Assembly: GCA_052085045.1 (NCBI GenBank)
Contig: JBQDFB010000003.1
Location: 10,391 to 74,390, forward strand
DNA: 64,000 nt
Source of the DNA: Microbacteriaceae bacterium
GTDB lineage: Bacteria > Actinomycetota > Actinomycetes > Actinomycetales > Microbacteriaceae
Reading direction: 5' to 3'
Shown piece by piece: positions 59,351-64,000 of the stretch. Below the pieces are notes generated by a model. It was not told the origin of the DNA and made no database searches. It worked only from the letters and a program-made list of their open reading frames with translations. A program made the position numbers and the translations under genes. Numbering within the stretch: the stretch's first letter is position 1; each line of letters begins with the position of its first letter.

Positions 59351-61901
59351 GTGCACCCTCCCCTGTCCTCTGCCCGCCGGAGCCGCAAGCTCCTCGCCCG
59401 CTGTTCCGCCCTCGCGGTAGCAGCGGGGCTCACTGTCGGAATGCTGGGCGCTGCCGTCGCGCCCGCCGCGGCGGGCGTCACCCCCGCGAGCGCCGCCGAT
59501 CCCGACCTGGCTTCGCGATTCACACTGGCTGTCCTGCCGGACACGCAGTTCTATTCGCGGTACTCCGCCGATCAGTTCATGCCTCGATACGGCACCGACC
59601 CGTTCGCCGCCCAAACCCAATGGATAGCTGACAACGCCGAGGCTCTCGACATCCCCTTCACCGTGCACGTCGGCGACGTCGTCGACCGTGTCGGCGTCGA
59701 AGCGGAGTGGCAGGCTGCGGACAGTGCGATGCGCAATCTCGAGGACGGCGGGGTTCCCTACTCGATCCTCACCGGCAATCATGACGTCCTGGACAGCAGC
59801 GACGATGTGTACGACATCGACTACGACCTGGCCAGCGAGCCGTTCCTCGCCTGGTTCGGCACAGACCGGGCAGCGCAGAGCGAGACATACGGCGGGAGCG
59901 ACCCCACGGGCCTGAACCGCTACTACGTCTTCGAGGCTGAGGGACAGCAGTTCATGGTGATCTCGCTCGCCTGGCGCGCCTCCGACGCGACGCTGGACTG
60001 GGCCAACCAGGTGATCGCCGAGCATCCGACTCTGCCGGTGATCCTCTCGAGCCACGAGGTCCTGAACGTCGAGGCCGACGCCGAGACCCCCAGAGAGACC
60101 GAGTACGGGCTGCGCCTGTGGGACCGTCTGATCGCCCCCCAATGATCAGATCTTCTTGACCTTCAACGGGCATTTCCACGGCGCATCGCGGCTCACGAAG
60201 ATCAACGACGCCGGGCACGAGGTCCACGAGGTGCTCATCGATTATCAGATGGCCTATGAGGGCGGAAACGGCTACCTCGGTCTGCTTGAGTTCGATCTCA
60301 CGAACAGCCGGATCAGTGCGCAGACCGCGTCGCCCTGGGTCGTATCGAAGCCGCAGGAGACGCTGACCAGTTACGACCAGCCCTTCTTGGAGGGCACGCA
60401 TCAGCAGTACACGGTCGATATCGACTTCGCCGACCGCTTCAGCGGGTTCGCGCCGGGCTTCGGTGAGGGAGCGACAGCGGACGAGCCGTCGCTCACACAG
60501 GCGGCGCGTGAGATTCTGCTCGACGGCTTCGAGGGCCCCGAGCCGATCAGCACCGAGCGCCCGGGCGATGAACGCGACTACATCGAGGCCGAGGGGACGG
60601 TCGCTCACTGGCGGTTCAATGGCCTGGACGGCGTCGTCGACGCTGACGTGGTCGTTCCCGATGTCGCCGGCGGCAACGATCTGCGCAGAGTCGACCCCGC
60701 GCTCACGAACGCTGAGGGCGCCGAGTGGTCGGACGTCACGATTGAGAGCACCGACGTCCATGGGTTCTCCGCGGATTCTGCCGCGGTCTGCTTCGACAAT
60801 GCCTCTGCGAGCCGGTTCAGCTACCTGACGACGTCCGCCGATGCCGCAGTGAACGACGTCGATCTGAACGAGGGGTACACGATCGAGACGTTCATCAAGA
60901 TGGACGCCGACTGGACCGCGGATCAGAACGGCTGGTCGAAGGCGATCGTGCGCACGGGCAACCGTTCATGGACCGACATGCCGCCGAGTCAGTGGGATTA
61001 CACCGCGTCCCCGACGGCACTGGGCATCTCGAACCTGCGCGAGTTCCAGTACACCAGCCTCTCGGCCGACGCTGCGAAGGGTGATCGTGTGAACTGGTCC
61101 GGCGAGATCATGACCGACAGCTGGTCGCACGTCGCCGTCGTGAACGACCCGGATTCGAGCACGACGACGATGTACGTCGACGGAGCACCCGTGCTGCGAA
61201 ACGCAACGGACACGGCAGGTATGACGTGGAACGAGGGCATGCCTTGGATCCTCGGCTCGGACTGGAGCGACGACGCCGCGCGCAACGGCTGGCATGGCTG
61301 CATCGGCGAGACGCGCATCATCGATCGTGCGACGACTCCGGACGAATGGCTGACCCAGCGCGCCGATATCAGTGATCTGCAGATCACCTCGTCCCCGGAG
61401 GACACGCTGCCTGCGGGAACCGAGACGGCGACGTTCAGCGGCACGGGTTTCCCTGGCGCGGACATCCGGTTCGCTCCCTCCTCCACACAGGCGGTCGCTG
61501 CCGCCGCCGCGCCGGCAGCGGGCACCGTGGGGGCTGACGGCACCTGGACGCTCAGCGTCAGCGGACTGACTGCAGGACCCCAGGAGGGCGAGATCGTGCA
61601 GGCTCTCGGAGCGCGCACCGGGGCGAGTCTGCCCGTCGCGTTCCGTATCGCCGAGGATAGCACGCAGCCTCCCGGGGACGGGGACGGGGACGGAGATGGC
61701 GGCGGAAACGTCGACCCGGGTGATGACGCCGGCAACGGTGCGCCCGGGGTCGGGGGCGGTGGCGAGGCCTCCACCCCGGACGGAGATCTGGCGACGACCG
61801 GTCTCGATCAATCCGTGTGGCTGATGCTGGTGACCATCGCCGGTGTGCTGTTGGTGGGCGGAAGCGCGCTCACCGTGCGCTCTCTGCTGCGCCGCCGCTG
61901 A
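59351..61901 (+). pseudogene. Secreted, wall-anchored metallophosphoesterase + LamG-domain protein, frameshifted
   Basis: ORF1 signal peptide, LPDTQ, HVGDVVD, GNHD, SSH; ORF2 NGHFH, LamG-like WSHVAVV..MYVDG, LATTG+TM+RRR; one extra C at 60135-60140 splits the frame. Confidence 0.82.
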
Positions 61902-61905
61902 ACCC

Positions 61906-61943
61906 CGCGGGGTGCGGAAGCCGACGGGTTTCCGCACCCCGCG
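61906..61943. terminator. Bidirectional stem-loop
   Basis: CGCGGGGTGCGGAA...TTCCGCACCCCGCG 14-bp stem between convergent genes. Confidence 0.78.
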
Positions 61944-61944
61944 T

Positions 61945-62976
61945 TCAGCGTGCGGAGTCGAGTGCGTTGATCGCGTCGATCAGGCGGTACAGCCCGCCGA
62001 CCTCGCGCTGCCGCAGGTGCAGGGCGAGCCGAGGCAGGTCGACCACGTCATTGTCGGATACTTCGACGGCGTGCGCGTCGACGAGCTCGATGCGGCCCTC
62101 GGCGATGATCGAGGCGAACTCCGCATTGAGTCCTTCGACCTCGGCATCCGTCGGACGATTCTTCAGCCGCAGCACGAGCAGGTCGTCGATCCAGCGCAGC
62201 GAGTCGTAGTTGCGCCAGAACTCGGTGATCTCAGCCACAGCATCCTCGGCCGAATCCGTGACGAGCACGCGATCGAAGTCGTGCGGCGAGATCACTCCCG
62301 CGGGGATCAGGGTCTCGACGACGAAGCGCTCGAGCCCCGCCCAGAAGGTGCCGCCGGGCTCGTCGAGCAGCACGATCGGCATCGGCTCGGCTTTGCCGGT
62401 CTGCTGCAGGGTGAGCAGCTCGAACATCTCGTCCAGCGTGCCGAAGCCACCGGGGAGACAGATGAAGCCGGTCGATTCCTTCACCAGCATGAGCTTGCGG
62501 GTGAAGAAGTACTTCATCTCGACGGACTGCGTGTCCTTCGCGACGACCGCGTTCGGCTTCTCTTCGAACGGCAGTCTGATCGAGACACCGAGCGCCATCT
62601 TCTCGCCGGCCCCCTCGGCGGCCGCCTGCATGATTCCCGGCCCCGCGCCGGTCACGACCATCCACCCACGCTGGGCGAGCACCTCGGCGATCGACCGTGC
62701 CTGGTCGTAGAGCGGATCGTCCTGCTGCGTGCGCGCCGAACCGAACACGGTCACCTTCGGCACGTCGACGTAGGGCTGGAAGAGGTGGAACGCGTCGCGC
62801 ATCTCGGCGAGCGCGGCCGAGGCGATCTTCAGATTCAGCCGGCTCGTGCCGTCTTCGCCGAGGTGTACGCCGGTGCGCAGGATCTTGCGAATCAGGGAGC
62901 GGTTGGCGGTGACGCCGGACTCCGCCACGATCTGATCGATCGCGGCTCTGAGGTCGACGTGCTGCGCGTCCGTCAT
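61945..62976 (-). CDS. LOG family (TIGR00730) nucleotide phosphoribohydrolase-like protein
   Basis: VFGSAR, TGAGPGIM, YFFTRK, PGGFGTLDE. Confidence 0.9.
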   Translation of the reverse strand: MTDAQHVDLRAAIDQIVAESGVTANRSLIRKILRTGVHLGEDGTSRLNLKIASAALAEMRDAFHLFQPYVDVPKVTVFGSARTQQDDPLYDQARSIAEVLAQRGWMVVTGAGPGIMQAAAEGAGEKMALGVSIRLPFEEKPNAVVAKDTQSVEMKYFFTRKLMLVKESTGFICLPGGFGTLDEMFELLTLQQTGKAEPMPIVLLDEPGGTFWAGLERFVVETLIPAGVISPHDFDRVLVTDSAEDAVAEITEFWRNYDSLRWIDDLLVLRLKNRPTDAEVEGLNAEFASIIAEGRIELVDAHAVEVSDNDVVDLPRLALHLRQREVGGLYRLIDAINALDSAR

Positions 62977-62978
62977 GA

Positions 62979-64000
62979 TCAGTGCGTCAGCCGCTCGATC
63001 GCGTCGACGAGCGAGAGGGCGTCGCGCTCCCCCGTACGACGATCCCACAGCTCGACCTGGCCGTCTGCGGCCCCGCGGCCGACAACGAGCACGCGCGGGA
63101 TGCCGACGAGCTCGGCGTCGCCGAACTTCACACCGGGTGACACCTTCGGGCGGTCGTCGTAGAGCACGTCAAGACCCGCTATCTCGAGGTCGGAAGAGGC
63201 TTGCTCTGCGACGTCGAAGGCGATCTGATCGCGACCTGCTGCGACCACGTGCACATCGAAGGGCGAGACGGGGGCTGGCCAGATGAGGCCCTTGTCGTCG
63301 TTGTTGAGCTCGGCGATGATCGCGAGGATGCGGGTGACCCCGATGCCGTATGAGCCCATGGTCACCGTGACGAGCTTGCCGTTCTCGTCGAGCACCTTCA
63401 GTCCCAGGGATTCGGCGTACTTGCGGCCGAGCTGGAAGACGTGGCCGATCTCCATGCCGCGCGCCAGCGACACCGCCCCCGAGCCGTCCGGGGCCGGGTC
63501 GCCGTCGCGGACGTTCGCGATCTCGACGATGCCGTCGGCGCTGAAGTCGCGCCCGGCGACGACCGAGTGCGCGTGCTTCTGGTCGATGTTGGCGCCAGTG
63601 ATCCACGAGGTGCCCTCAGACACCCGGGGGTCGACGAGGTAGCGGAGGCCGGTCGCAGACTCCTCACCGAGCACCGCACCGGCCGGCGACCAGGGGCCGA
63701 TGTACCCCTTGACCAGCAGCGGGTTGGCCGCGAAGTCCTCCGGCGTGGCGGTGGCGACCTCTGCGGGGGCGAAGGCCACCTCTGCGCGCTTGTCATCGAC
63801 CTCGCGGTCGCCGGGGATGCCGACGACGACGAGCTCGCGGGTCTCGTCGGGGTGCACGAGCGCTAGCACGACGTTCTTCAGGGTGTCGGCGGGGGTGACC
63901 TCCCGGTCGAGGACGGCGTTCGCGTGCGCGACGAGGGTCTCGATGGTGGGGGTATCGGGCGAGTCGAAGACGGTCGCCGCGGGGACGTCGTCGAAGGGCA
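62979..64000 (-). CDS. proS: Proline--tRNA ligase, 3' part (runs off window edge)
   Basis: [42 protein letters not shown]. Confidence 0.97.
   Translation of the reverse strand, partial: PFDDVPAATVFDSPDTPTIETLVAHANAVLDREVTPADTLKNVVLALVHPDETRELVVVGIPGDREVDDKRAEVAFAPAEVATATPEDFAANPLLVKGYIGPWSPAGAVLGEESATGLRYLVDPRVSEGTSWITGANIDQKHAHSVVAGRDFSADGIVEIANVRDGDPAPDGSGAVSLARGMEIGHVFQLGRKYAESLGLKVLDENGKLVTVTMGSYGIGVTRILAIIAELNNDDKGLIWPAPVSPFDVHVVAAGRDQIAFDVAEQASSDLEIAGLDVLYDDRPKVSPGVKFGDAELVGIPRVLVVGRGAADGQVELWDRRTGERDALSLVDAIERLTH

Overview
High-GC actinobacterial chromosome segment; gene order and protein style suggest Microbacteriaceae, probably Microbacterium (inference). It is the conserved proS-nusA-ylxR-infB-rbfA-truB-ribF-rpsO-pnp-dapB-dapA-rnj-ftsK-pgsA-cinA-clgR-recA-recX-miaB-miaA backbone, mostly on the minus strand, with accessory genes interleaved. 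I saw no rRNA, tRNA, CRISPR array, integrase or classical transposase. The most unusual element is a DUF559/Vsr-like endonuclease gene (41322-42293) enclosed by two mirror-image arrays of 63-bp-period palindromic units with fixed 13-nt loops and a 21/22-bp outer inverted repeat, a candidate REP-associated selfish element without a transposase. Other highlights: a TPR-like AAA+ ATPase coupled to a TPR-SMI1/KNR4-like protein upstream of nusA; a GT4-SGNH fusion with DedA; PHO-box-like 11-nt repeats at three phosphate-related loci; a wall-anchored metallophosphoesterase-LamG gene split by a +1 C in a C6 run; a densely structured intergenic element at about 33.04-33.22 kb; and locally dense GCATCC/GGATGC hexamers. 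Start codons were adjusted by eye where the ORF track over-extends. All family calls come from motif recognition, not database searches.
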